NCBI RefSeq assembly: GCF_963921235.1
Contig: NC_086116.1
Location: 29,016,001 to 29,080,000 of the forward strand
Source: Mobula hypostoma
Taxonomy: Eukaryota
Direction of reading: 5' to 3'
Length of the DNA: 64,000 bases
Shown: in pieces, positions 35,151-47,888 of the stretch
Position numbering within the stretch: position 1 is the first letter of the stretch
How the letters are laid out: each line of letters opens with the position of its first letter
The notes under the pieces: generated by a model
What the model was told of the DNA's origin: nothing
What the model saw: the letters and a program-made list of their open reading frames with translations, nothing else
The model's database searches: none
Position numbers and translations under genes: made by a program

Positions 35151-36029
35151 TCCATTTCCCTCTATTCCTTTAAGATCTCAAGATATTCAGCCTTGGTAGA
35201 CAGTACAAATTGCATCACATAATTGCCTTTGATTTTGAGCAAAACATAATTCTACAAGCGGAGTACAACACAATGAGCAAACATTTTTAGCATTATCGAC
35301 CAGAGCTTGATTCTTTGGCAACAATTTCCTTGACTCTTATTTGTCTTTCCTAAGTTCACAATTACCCCTCATAGTGTTGTTTTCAGTTTTAATTTTGTTT
35401 AATCACATCCTTGTTAAGAATTTTCAGTTGATTTTCTAATGCTGAAGCATTCATAGAAATAGATTTGTTGGAACTGATACTGTTAAGTAAGTCTGTTTTT
35501 CTCAAGCCATTTTTATCTCAACATGTCACCCACCATATGCAGTTATTTCCAATAAACATTTAGCAAATGATTATCCAGATTAATCTCATTAATTGCAAAC
35601 TTACACATCTGGTTTACATAAGTAACAAATAAGGTCAAATCTGCTAGTGTCTATAGTACGATGATCAATGCAAAAGTATTGAACTTGATTTGAAAATATA
35701 TAATGTGGCTTGTTAAATTTTGTTGATTCTTGTACTGCTAAGGGATTACAGATGAAGAGAAGATGTTTAATTTACGAAACACTTTATCATCATGTATATA
35801 TCACCCATAAAATTGTAAAATTTCTCAAAGTTCTTTACAAATCAAAAATGTAATTAATCAAAAGTTGACACAAAACTTCATGAGGACAGCTACACAAAAT
35901 CTTACCAAAGGTAGAGGCATTAAAGTTTCCTCGAAGAACAAAAAAGTATTCAAAGTAAAGACACTTAGGAAGGGAGCAGCTGATCTTAAGCAGCTGAAGG
36001 GGTGACAGCCAATAGCCAGATGCAAACCC

Positions 36030-36787
36030 AGGATGAAAAGTCCTTGAAAGTGAGTCAATAGGTTGTGGGAACAGCTCAGTGATGGGAGAAAGTGAAGTTG
36101 AGTGAAGTTATTCCCCTATTATTCAAGAGTCTAATGGTTGAGGGGTAGTAACTGTTTTTGAGCCTGGTGAATGAGTCCTGAGGCTGTGGTACCTTCTTCC
36201 TCATGGCAGCAGTGAGAAGAGAGCAGGACCTGGATGGTGATGGGATGGGGGGGAGGTACTTGATGATGGAAGCTGCTTTCCTGCGACAGTGCTCCACATA
36301 GATGTGCTCGAAGGTTGGAGAAGGCTTTACCCGTGATGGAATGGGCCACATCCACCATTTTTTTGCAGGATTTTCCGTTCAATGGCATTGGCATTTCCAT
36401 ATCTGCCTGTGATGCAAACAGTCAATCTACTGTCCACCACACATCTATAGAAGTTTGCCAATATTTTAGATGTCATTCCAAATCTTTGCCAACTTCTAAG
36501 GAAGTAGAGGTGTTGCCATGCTTTTTTCATAATGGTATTTACATACTGAACCCAGGACAGATCCTCTAAAATGATGTCACAGCGGAACTTAAAGTTGTTG
36601 ACCCTCTCCACCTCTGATTCCCCAATGAGGACTGGCTCATGGATCCCTGATTTCTTCCTCAAGTTAATAATCGCTCTTTGGCCTTGCTGACAATGAGTGA
36701 GAGGTTGTTATTATGGCACCATTCAGCCAGATTCTCAATCTCTCTCCTATATGCTGATTCATCACCACCTTTAATTCGGCCAACACC
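36030..36787 (-). mobile_element. Rex1/Babar LINE fragment
   Basis: HEPVLIGESEVERVNNFKF, ILANFYRCVV, RLKNSYYPSTIRLLN. Confidence 0.9.
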
Positions 36788-38584
36788 AGAATGATTTTGA
36801 ACTCAGAATGCAAAGGATATGTGTGCACATGAAGACCACCAAGTGTGCACAATGACATCAAATGCCATCTAAAGCACAATTTGATGTCAGTTGCAAAAAA
36901 TACCTTATAATAAAGAAAGCCCATGAGCAGTGTAGAAGCCATGCATTTGTTTTCTATCTGCATTATATTCTGTAATGTGCCTTTATTAAGTTTATTACAG
37001 TAGTTAGTCACATGGGTGGGGGCGTGGTAAAAGCGAAGGGAATAAATTGCATATTCATGCTTTATTCTGGGCAGTTTAAGAGTTGGGGATTGATGGATGT
37101 CATATCTTTTGATGATCACTTAATTATATTTAACTTCACTTAATTAAATTTGAAATTGCTTCACTTTAATCAAGTCTGCTTAAGTAGGTTTAATATTGTT
37201 AGTTTTGGTTTCATAAGTTGCATCGTTTCAAGATTGTATGTTTTGCTCGTTTCTAATAAAGGACGGAATGCATTTTGTCAACTTTGTGGAATATTATTAT
37301 TGGATTGATTGAAGGACACATCATTCAAGGATAACAATCCACGGGGTCGCCAGCAGTGGCATTGATTGGTTCAAGTTGCCGCAATTAGCAGTATAGGATT
37401 TGTATGCTGCAGCAGTCCTTAATCAGACAGTTAAAATACACTCCAGTTTAGTGAAGTGTCTTGACATTAACTAGTCAGCAGTTAAGGATTATGAAGTAGC
37501 CATGTTGGATCATAAGAGGGAAGGAGAGGGATTAGGGCCAAATGCAGGCAAACGGGAAGAACTTGGTGCGTACCAATGTCATTGTAGAAGGGTATGAAGG
37601 GCTTGTTTTCATGCAGTATTACCTTGTGACAAATACATTCCAACTCTCAACAAGGTTGTAATCACCTCAGGCATCCTGATCAGATATTCACCTCTATGCC
37701 ATGCCCTAATCACCTCTTCCACCAATCCCAAACACTTCTCACCTAACCACATCCCAATATCCTTTCTCAGTTACCACCAACACATCTCCTTATGTCTCTT
37801 GAATGGTAGAATTTCCCTGCCAACAGAAAACAAGCATGAACCTTTTTAAACGAATGAACGTGATAAGCACTATGTTTCTGACTGAAGAATACTGGATTTG
37901 CTTAAGGAGAAGTATGAAATGTTTAAAACAATGTTTTCACAGGCTCTGTGGAAAAAGGCAGGCAGAACCAATTATGTAAAATTACCAACTTCATAAATGC
38001 TGTCTGTTAACACGTGAAGCAGCCAGACACCAGGATATAGCCCATGGGTTTAATTTGCATTTTGTGTTAAGGAACACATTGCAGGATAAGGCATATCCCT
38101 GATTATTAAACAAGTCAGACATGGTTTACATAATTGAATCAATATGCTGGAAGAAAGCAGCTTTTAGAAATCTCCTCCTCAGGACGTCTCTAGGAGCTTG
38201 TAGAATTGAAGTACTAAAGATAACATAATGACAAGGAGACTGAGGTAGGACAGAACCAAACAGACAGATGCAACATATTAGAAAACAAATGATGGCTACT
38301 CAATGTATCCAGCAAAGCAGGTGACAGGGATAATTTGCTAACTGTGCACAAGATAAGAAAGGCCTTAGGACCAATGAAAAAGTGTGGTAATTGGGAATGA
38401 CAGTCCTGTCCTTGGTGCCATCTCTTTGGTAATTATGGTCCTATCTGATCCAAGGGATGCCTGAGATATGTTGTCAGCACAGTTGGGGCCTGTAAGATAT
38501 GAGATGAACATGCAGAAAGTTTGATGTCAAGCAAGACCGATCACATGACTTCCCGCCTTGTGCTTGTCAAAAGTGATAGTTGAA

Positions 38585-39117
38585 TTGGACACTCGCAAAT
38601 TTCTGCAGGTGTACAGTGGAGAGCATTCTAACCGGCTGAATCACTGTCTGCTATGGGGGGGGGGGTTGCTCTGCACAGGATTGAGATAAGCTGCTGAGAG
38701 TTGTAAAGTTAGTCAGCTCCATCATTGACACTAGCCTCTGTAGTATCCAGGAAATTTTCAAGGAGTGATGCCTCAAAAAGGCACATACATTGTTAGGGAC
38801 GTCCATCACACGGGTCATGCCTTGTTCTCATTTCCACCATTAGGAAGGAGGTACAGAAGCCTGAAGGCACACACTCAATGACTCAGGAACAGCTTCAGCC
38901 CCTCTACCATCATTGTCTGAATGGATATTGAACCCATGAACATTAAATCTATTTTTTTGATTTCTATTTTTGCACTAATTATTTAATTTAATTATTCAAT
39001 GTATATACTTAGTTTAATTCACATTTTTCCAATTGTCATGTATTGCATTGTACTACTCCTGCAAAGTCAACAAATTTCACAACATATGCTGGTGATTTTA
39101 AAACTGATTCTGATTCT
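38585..39117 (+). mobile_element. Rex1/Babar LINE 3' fragment
   Basis: ACACTCGCAAATTTCTGCAGGTGTACAGTGGAGAGCATTCT (TLANFCRCTVESIL); tail CTGATTCTGATTCTG. Confidence 0.85.
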
Positions 39118-39239
39118 GTTCATTTGTGAAGATGCTTTACCGAGCTCAAAAAGTGTTCGAAAAATGTAGTGTTTTGTACAGTAGGAGAATGTGTCTACTG
39201 CACTGATAAAGTAAACACTTCTCCATTTCAGTTTAGAAA

Positions 39240-40320
39240 GGTTAATCCATAGCACATGTCATTAATGTAAGGAATCACTCTGACTTCTACTCCCTTTCTG
39301 ACATCTTTGTCCTTGGCCTCCTACATAATTCCAATGAAACTCAATGTAAACATCTAGGATCAAACCTTGTCTTCTGCCTAAGCATATTACAACTTTCATA
39401 ACTCAACACTGAATTCAAAAAATCCAATTAACAAACCATTCCAGTCTTGTATCTCACACTTCCAGCATTCACTTATGTCTTCATCTCTCTCTTCATTTTC
39501 TGATATTTCATATTTAATTCATCTCCTCCTCTTTATAATACTTCCAGTCTGACCTTTTTCATTGCATTTCACCAGCATTTGCCCCTTTCAGTGTCTCCTG
39601 GTCTCTAATCCATAACAGATATCACCTTTAGTCTGCTTGTCATCCCTTTCTGATACTTCACCTTAAACTTAATCCTCGCCTTATTCCTACTTTTTTCTAG
39701 CTCTGATGTTCAAAGTAAACTTATTACCAAAGTACACATATGTCACCATATACATACCCGAGATTCACTTTCTTGTGGGCATACTTATCAAGTCATCAGA
39801 CCTACAGAATGATAACCATAACAGAATCAGTGAAAGACTGTCCGACAAGGCATTCGAGCAAATTGCAGAAGATGACAAACTGTGCAAATTCAAAAAGAAA
39901 CAAGAATGTAAATAAATCAGCTATAAATATTGAGAACATGAGATGAAGTCATTGAAAGGAAGTCCATTGGCTGTGGGAACATTTCAATGATGGGATGAGT
40001 GAAGTTATCCCCTCTTGTTCAAGAGCCTGATGGTTGAGGGATAGAAACTGTTCCTGGCCTGGTGGTGCGAACCCTGAGGCTGTTGTACCTTCTTATTGAT
40101 GGCAGCCATGAGAAGAGTGCATGTCCTCTGTGGTGAGGTCCCGGATGATGGATGCTGCTTTTCTGCAACAGCATTCATTGTACATGTGCTTAATGTTTGG
40201 GAGGGTTTAACCCATGGTGGACTGAGCCATATCCACTACTCTTTGTACCGACATATATTGTTATCTCTAATTCTCTCCACAGATGCTACCTAACGTTTTG
40301 CGTATCACCAGCATTTTCCA
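39240..40320 (+). mobile_element. Old Penelope-like remnant interrupted by a minus-strand Rex1 3' fragment (39706-40245)
   Basis: Decayed GIY-YIG tail (CCTTGGCCTCCTACAT...) and terminal CACAGATGCTACCTAAC...CCAGCATTTTC flank a Rex1 tail. Confidence 0.5.
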
Positions 40321-40789
40321 CTCTCCTATTTCCATTTTATTTGCTATCTTTACAGCACTTAGCATTCTAAGCCTCCAGGGAGAAAAAAACTCTTCATACA
40401 TCACTTCTAGTGCGCTTATTGAAAGCTAACTCACAACAGCCCAGATGGATCTGGTCACTTGCTTTTTTGTTTCATTCCACTAATAAATCAAAACGAGACA
40501 ACATTTTTGCAGTTGTTAATTCAAGTTGTCGGGAAACAAAGGAATGCTTTGGAGAACGACATTACATTGCAGTAAAGTATTCTCCTGCTTCCATCTATGC
40601 TTAATGATGTAAACTACTTTGTCTATGGAAGTAAATGGAGCTTTTATATTCTAGCTGACTTAAGGGGAGAAAGATCTCAAAATAATTCACATATGATATC
40701 ATCTAAGTTCAACACAAAGTAGTTAAGAGATCAAAGTAATATGAGGAGGAAATATCTGCAAATATCTAGTTAAATATAAATATGATATA

Positions 40790-41422
40790 CCGTCAGTGGC
40801 TACTTTATTATGTACTGGAGGTACTTAATGGAATGGTCACTGATTGTATTCTCATCATCTTCTGGCACAGTTGCCTCTCCACTTTGATGTGTTGTACATT
40901 CAGAAATGCTCTTCAGCCCACCACTGTTGTTATGCATGGTTATTTGAGTTACCGTCACCTTCCTGTCAGCTTGAACCAGTCTGGCCATTCTCCACCGGCC
41001 TCTCTCATTAACAAGGCATTTTTGCCCACAGATCTACCACTTACTGGATTTTTTTTAATATATTGCACCATTCTCAGTAAACTTGAGATCAGTGGTTCCC
41101 AACCTGGGACCCAAGGACGTCTCTCAGTTACTGTAGGGGTCCATGGCATTAAAAAGTTTGGAAACTCCTGCACACTACTGTTGTGCATGAAAATTCCAAG
41201 CAATCAGCAGTTTCTGAGAAACTCAGAACACCCCATCTGGCACCAACCATCATTCCACAGTCTAAGTTACTTAGATCACATCTCTTCCCCTTCTGATGTT
41301 TGATCTGAACAACAACTGAACCTACTGAACATTTCTGCATGCTCTTAAGCATTGAGTGGCTGATTTGATATTTGCATTAATGAGCAGTTTACAGGTATTG
41401 TTAATTAAGTGGCCACTGAGTG
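40790..41422 (-). mobile_element. Non-autonomous Tc1 element with transposase N-terminal remnants
   Basis: TA flanks; TIR related to CACTCAGTGGCCACTTTATTAGGTAC; KRCDLSNLDCGMMVGAR and MARLVQADRKVTVTQIT peptides. Confidence 0.85.
41090..41170. mobile_element. 81-bp hAT-type MITE nested in Tc1
   Basis: CAGTGGTTCCCAACCT...AGTTTGGAAACTCCTG; absent from the copy at 54710. Confidence 0.7.
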
Positions 41423-41584
41423 TACAGGATATTGCAGGAGTTAAATTCCAGTGGTCTTTTATTTTTTATGATATACATTTTTCAAATCATTTTACTAATT
41501 ATGATCAGTGCTGTAGCTGAGGTGATACCAATCATTTATTTACCAATATTTTAGGTGATTATTTAGTATAATCATATAAAATTC

Positions 41585-41875
41585 AATGGTTCAAAGGCTC
41601 AATGGTTCAATTTAATATCAGGGAATGTATACAGTATACAACCTGAAATTCTTACTCTTCATAGACATCCACAAAACAAACAAAAAAATTCCCAGAGAAT
41701 CACTGATGGAATCACTAGCGAGGGAGAGAGAGATACTGCTTGTGCAACAGTGAGAGGGAAGACCAATAGCTCACCGTTTCTGCTGTCCAAGTTCACCAAC
41801 TCGAGGAGCAACAGGTTCTCACTCATCATCATCGAGGGAGAGAGGGAGAGAGAGAGAGAGAAAGAGAGAGCGAAT
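41585..41875 (-). mobile_element. LINE-tail element fragment with (GA)n
   Basis: AATGGTTCAATTTAAT...GAATGTATACAGTA.ACAACCTGA shared with 54355-54650. Confidence 0.55.
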
Positions 41876-41989
41876 GCAGGGGTCTTCTTTTAACAGCAGT
41901 GTATACTGCAGAATTCAATTAAATTCTTCATTGAGAAGAAGTTCTAAACTGCTACAAAATCTTTTTGAAAGTTGCAATTAACATATTTT

Positions 41990-42612
41990 TTAGATTATGA
42001 AGACACACAGTCCTCTTTTATTGTCATTTAGTAATGCATGCATTCAGAAATGATACAATATTTCCTCCAGTGTGATATCACAAAACACAGGACAGACCAA
42101 GACTGAAAAAAACTGACAAAACCACATAATTATAATATATAGTTACAACAGTGCAAAAATACCATAACTTGATGAAGAAGTCCATGAGCACAGTAAAAGT
42201 TCGAAGTCTCTCAAATGTCCCACATCTCACGCAGACGGGAGAAGGAAGAAAAACTCTCCCTGCCATGCCGACCACAGTCCGACTCTGAGTCATCCGAAAA
42301 CTTCGAGGTCTGATCAGCTCTCCGACACCGAGTACTGAGCACCATCTCTGTCCAAATGATTGGACCTCAGTCTCGGTCGCCAACAGCAGGCAAAGCCGGG
42401 GATTTTGAGGCCTACCCTCCGAAAGATTCCCGACCACGCAGTAACGACAGCAGCAAACGAGCGTTCCAGAAATTTCTCCAGATGTTCCTCTGTGCTTTCA
42501 CGTCCCTCTCCACCAAATCAGAATTGTCTACGGCCCCTCTTTAATGGATACGATATCATTTTTCACCGGAGAGCTGCGCACGCGCAGGTACGCTGCTCTC
42601 TCTCCTCCCGCC
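41990..42612 (-). mobile_element. Family E element, copy 2
   Basis: Reverse complement aligns with 17578-18240, including the AATAAA-GAGGAC...GTCTTC-ATAATCTAA end. Confidence 0.8.
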
Positions 42613-42798
42613 GAATTCTTTCTTTTCTCCATAAACTTCCGGCTAAGGACAAAGAGTATGTATATGTAGTGGACCAATGACTCTCTTCCTGCACTAGGAC
42701 AAGTAAGCCATGACAAAGAAAATAGAGCAGGCATAATGGCACAAAGATTCTCAATATTTTGCACATTTGAATTATTGAATAGAAAATTAGAAGATAGT

Positions 42799-42993
42799 TG
42801 TTATGTTTTGTAACCTAAAGACTTTAAACTAGTTCAAAAGAAGTTCATGGGAGTCATGTGGTAGTGTGATGACATATGCAAATTCACTTATTCATACATG
42901 TAACTCGTAATGAATCATTTAAACAAACAAGAATGCTAAACAAAGTACATATTTACAAGATTACTCAAATATTACTGAAGTATTAAATGCACA
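42799..42993. mobile_element. Possible short solo LTR
   Basis: TG...CA with 5-bp flanks ATAGT/AGAGT. Confidence 0.35.
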
Positions 42994-43574
42994 AGAGTAT
43001 CAGTAATGTTGAACCTAGGAAATTTCTTCATCCAAACACAAAAAAGGGAGACCTACTCCATGACTTACGTTTTGCAGGTTAGAACAGGTAGATATTATGT
43101 GCAATTAAGATAAATATTAAGTGCAGCAAACTTGAGGGATTATATTTATCAATTCCTAGTGTGGTTTCTTTGCTGAGGGCACTGTACCACATTATTTCTA
43201 CCTTGGATGTTGTTCTGTGCCCCTAACTTGATATCAGAGAGCTGACATCCGACCAGGTGTTAGTACAGGGAAGACATGAAAATGTTACAAGTTATTCAAA
43301 GTGATTCACCTCAAAGTTGTGGAGATTCAGTGCATCTCACCTCTACATATTAGTACTGAATACTTTGTAACTTTGTTCTCTAGATTTATCACCATAAATT
43401 ATGCTGAAGAAAAATCAATTCATATCAACGATGCCATCCAGAGAAAGATTTTGATTCTTTCATTTGCCCTGGATTCAAGTGCAGGGCACATCATTGACAT
43501 TACGTTCATTAATGTTTTTTGTAATATTCTATTTAGTGCTGCTTTTGCTGTGTAATTGTCAGCTTAAAGAAATA

Positions 43575-44197
43575 CGAGGGATGATTGATAAGTTTATGGC
43601 CTAAGGTAGAAGGCGTCAATCTTAGAAAACCTAGCACATTTATTTTTCAACGTAGTCCCCCCCTACAGGTACACACTTAGTCCAGCGATCATGGAGCATA
43701 CGGATCCCTTCTTAGTAGAAGTGGTCCACAGCAGGGGTGATTGATAAGTTTGTGGCCTAGGGTAGAAGGAAATGAGTTATTAACTTCAAATTTTCTGCAT
43801 TATCACTCAAAGAGTTGAACTGCACGTGCATGTAACAAAAGCGTCTTAGACCTCCAGGTGGTCCACAGCAGGGGTGATTGATATGTTCGTGGCCTTAGGT
43901 AGAAGGAGATGAGTTATACGGCTCTCATTACATGCACATGCAGTTCAACTCTTTAAGTCAAAATGCAGAAAGTTTGAAGTTAATAACTCATTTCCTTCTA
44001 CCTTAGGCCACAAACTTATCAATCACCCCTGCTGTGGACCACTTCTGGAGGTCCAAGACGCCGACTTCTACAAAGGAGGGATCCGTATTCTCCACGACTG
44101 CTGGACTAAGTGTGTAAATGTAGGAAAATTAAATGTACTAGGTTTTCTAAAATTGACTCCTTCTACCTTAGGCCACAAACTTATCAACCACCCCTCG
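43575..44197. mobile_element. Mariner-derived foldback MITE (623 bp)
   Basis: TA-CGAGGG...CCCCTCG-TA; both arms encode a mariner C-terminus (GIRMLHDRWTKCVPVGGDYVEK* on minus, DFYKGGIRILHDCWTKCVNVG on plus); five TIR copies. Confidence 0.9.
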
Positions 44198-44204
44198 TAC
44201 ATAA

Positions 44205-44661
44205 GAGTACTGTGCAAAAATCCTGGGCACATATATATAGCTAGGGTGTCTCAGACGTTAGCACAGTAGTGCATTTGTCAATATGGAGTAGAGACCGAGC
44301 TTGTAATCTGGCAGGAGCAAAGGATGTTGGGAATGACAGTGGTGGAGCGCCGCAGGAGGGGTGTGGGGCAGGTGGCAGAAAAGGTGTGCCAGGGGTGGGG
44401 GAGGCATGGCTGCAGAGACACCTTGCTCTCTGAGACATCAGACAAAATCACTTGATTCCAGACAATTGGTTTATTGATCATTACAGAATGCCTCTCTGGT
44501 GCTTCCTGCTCCCTTCATATTTTCCCGCCCAATTGCTCCCATCCCACTCTAGTCCACAGCAGAGACCCTTATCAGTATCAGGTTTGTCATCACTCACATA
44601 TGTCATGGAATTTGTTTTTTTTTTGGGAGTAGTACTGTGCAAATGCCTTAGGTATCATAGC

Positions 44662-44719
<58 letters not shown>

Positions 44720-44739
44720 AAGACTTTTGCACAGTACTG
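44205..44739. mobile_element. Composite Tc1-like element (copy 4); right spacer expanded to (AT)n(GT)n
   Basis: Palindromic double-TIR ends; (GT)n at ~44678-44717. Confidence 0.85.
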
Positions 44740-45049
44740 TATGTGGATCCTGAATAATATACAACAACCAGTAATCTTTGTGGTGATTATGTCATAAAAG
44801 TGACCTTCCATCAAACTTCAAATGAAAAAAAGAATTGAAAATGTTGAAGCCAATTTTAAGAGGCAGACCAGCATTTTGTGTACGTTGCTCAAGATTTCCA
44901 ACATCTGCTGTTTAAAATTAAAATTACAGTGTTCACACTTCAGAAGGCACTTGACATTATTTTATTGCTATCTTCCCAGGCCTCAAATTTTTCTGAGGCC
45001 CTTTTTTGGTCGGATCGATCATGGAAAGGTATCCTGGCTCTAATCCTGA

Positions 45050-45600
45050 TATGCAGGTCAGGGCGGTATGATATGGAGAGCAAACTGTTGGCCAAGCAGC
45101 AAGATACCCCTCTGCATGCAGCCGATGAATCCAAAAGAATGGCAGAGACCGATACAGTTTGGCATCGGGGCATCGCAGGAGTTGCCAGTCAGCATTGAAT
45201 TCAACATATTTCTGTCTTAGGGACTCCACCTCTGGATTTTTCTTTGGTGTTTATTCCCAAAGCCTTCCTCATGCATGGGTATAGCTGCAAGGCAGCAGAT
45301 ATTTGAGATCAAGTTTTTTCCTTTTTTCCCTTTTCCTAGGTGATCTGCTAACCAGAGCTGACAAATCCCATCTGCCCAAAACGACTGGTTTTAAGAGGTT
45401 TTAAAAGTGGTTTTAAAAGGCAATAACCTGCCTTTGTCTCTTCTCCTATTAGTAGAAATGGTTCTGCCGGGTTTCGTAGCTAAGCCACGCATGAAATCTA
45501 GGAGTTGGACTTGGTTGTCAGAGGCTCGTCTGAGGCGCACACAATTGAGAGCATTTAGTACATAGTGGGAGTTTATCTCCCCCCTGCTATGACAACCTAC
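45050..45600 (-). mobile_element. Family A element, copy 3
   Basis: Homologous to 1970-2480. Confidence 0.7.
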
Positions 45601-45914
45601 CTCAAATATTTTCCTTAAAATTCCATATTTCACTTATTGCATTTGCTAATTGGGAACCCTTTGAGTTCAGAATACTGAAGGAACTATTACCATAATAAAT
45701 TGTATTCCACAACTCAGATTGAACAATTTAACTTCCAACTAGAGAAGAAGACAAACAAGCCAAACAAATTAAAATTAATCTTGTACATGAGAATAACAAC
45801 CGAAGAGAGTCAGTTGTGATATTGTTTACAATTATTGAACTGCGGTGAGGATAATAATTTAAATTAATAATGAACAGAATAAACGTATTTTGTAATCTCA
45901 AATATTTAAGAAGA

Positions 45915-46230
45915 TTACGGTAGCATAGTGGTTAGTGCGATTCTATTACTGCTCGGGGAGTTGGGGCTCGGAGTTCAATTCCAGTGTCCTCTGTGTGCAA
46001 GGTTGTACATCCATCCCGTGAGCGTGTGAGCTTCCTCCGGGTGCTCCGGTTTCCTCCCACAGTCCAAAGGCGTACCAGCTGGCAGGTCAATTGGTCAGTG
46101 TAAATTGTCCCATGATAAGGCGAGGGTTAAGTTGGTGGATTGCTGGGTGGAGCAGTTTAAAGGGGCGGTAGGGCCTATTCAGCACTGCATCTCTAAACAA
46201 ATAAATAAACAAACAAACAAATAAATAATT
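45915..46230 (+). mobile_element. HE1-like V-SINE
   Basis: TAGCATAGTGGTTAG, GAGTTCAATTCC, TCCTCCGGGTGCTCCGGTTTCCTCCCACAGTCCAAAG, (AAAT/AAAC)n tail. Confidence 0.85.
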
Positions 46231-46891
46231 ATCAATTCAAAGGTAAGGAATCTGTGCTAAGAGATAACTCAGTTCCTGAAATTGTACTGGAAACACTCAG
46301 CATGCAAGCGGAGAGAAACCAGTCAAGAACCTTTCAAAGAAATTGGAAGGAGAGAAAAACAAGTTTGTTTCAAGTTGCAGAGAGGAAGGGGAAAGGATGA
46401 ATGGGGATAAAAGGAATATTTCAGTAAAGGTGAAACTGTTGTAGATTTCGTCATCTGGTTGGTAGGTTAATGAAAAAGACAGAGAAAGAAAATACAAACA
46501 AAGGAATATAAAATCTGTGAAATGCAGAGCAGTAGGAAATGTTCAGTGGGTCAGACAGTGCCAATGAAGAGAGAACTAAAGAACAACCCATATTACAGAT
46601 GAAAGATGTACCATGGCATTAACCACTTCTGATACCAGCAGAGGAAGAGTTTTCTGAATTTATAAAATTTGATATTGACCCCAAATGATTGTGTCATTGT
46701 TTCTTTATTCATGTTTTTTGTAAATGGACTCTTTGTATAGGTTTCCAGCCCTCTCAATGATTTGAAGTTGTGAATTTTAATCAATTTCATCAAATTCCAG
46801 ACACTTGAATTAATTTCCATTTACAGTTTGTAACTAAACAGTAACTGCAATAACCAAGATATTATTTAATTTTATTTACTTTTTCTTTAGC

Positions 46892-47240
46892 CCATAAGAC
46901 CATAAGACAAAGGAGCAGAATTAGATCATTTGACCCATCAGGTCTGCTCTGCCATTTCATCATGGCTGATCTATTTCCCTCTCAGCCCCAGTCTCCAGCC
47001 TTCTCCCCTGAGCCCTTCATACCCTGAATAATCAAGAATCTATCAATTTCTGCCTTAAATATATCCAATAACCTGGCCTCTACAGCCGTCTGTGGCAACA
47101 AATTCCATAGATTCGCCAGTCTCTGGCTAAGGAAATTCTTCCTAAACTCTGCTCTAAATGGACATCCTTCTATTCTGAGGCTGTGTCCTCTGGTCTTAGA
47201 CTCCCCCACCATAGGAAACATCCTCTCCACATCCACTCTA
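46892..47240 (-). mobile_element. CR1 3' fragment, followed by a decayed minus-strand V-SINE to ~47480
   Basis: RVDVERMFPMVGESKTRGHSLRI...NLWNLLP. Confidence 0.85.
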
Positions 47241-47888
47241 TCATCAGTGACACAGTGTGGAGTACAGCCTTCAAGTCTTGCTGCCCTAGGAACCCCACAA
47301 CCCTGATTAACACTCACAATCTCAGGACACTTTATAATGACCGATTAATCCACCTGGTACCTCAGTTGACTGTGAAAGGAATCTGGAGGACCCAGAGAAA
47401 GGCCACACATTCCAGAGGAGGATGTACAGAGACTCCTTACAGAGTGGTGCCAGAAATGAACTCGCACTAACTGCTAGGCTACCGAAACCTCTTTTCACTT
47501 TTCCTCATGTATCATTTACTGTGTTCCCAGTTATTAGATTATTTTTGCATACTTCCCAGTTTTTCTGGACTCCATTGACCACTCTAATCCCTGCTCAAAT
47601 CTCTACAGTTCAATGCTTGCTTGCTTTTGAGATCTTTCCTTCAGTCATTGTTATTGGAGACTATTTTCCTCTCCTTCAAAGCTGAACTTCGATTTAAGAA
47701 CTTTTCATTTCTAACGTATTCAATTCATAAAGACAAGGCAACATACTACCTAGCCTCATAATTAGCAATCAATCCTACCATTATCAGTTCATAATCTCTA
47801 CTATCTGATTTTGCTAACAGTTGGTTATGTTATCATAATAGATTATTTTGTTTGAGCAGGTGACCTCAGATTGAATTAGTTAATGCTA

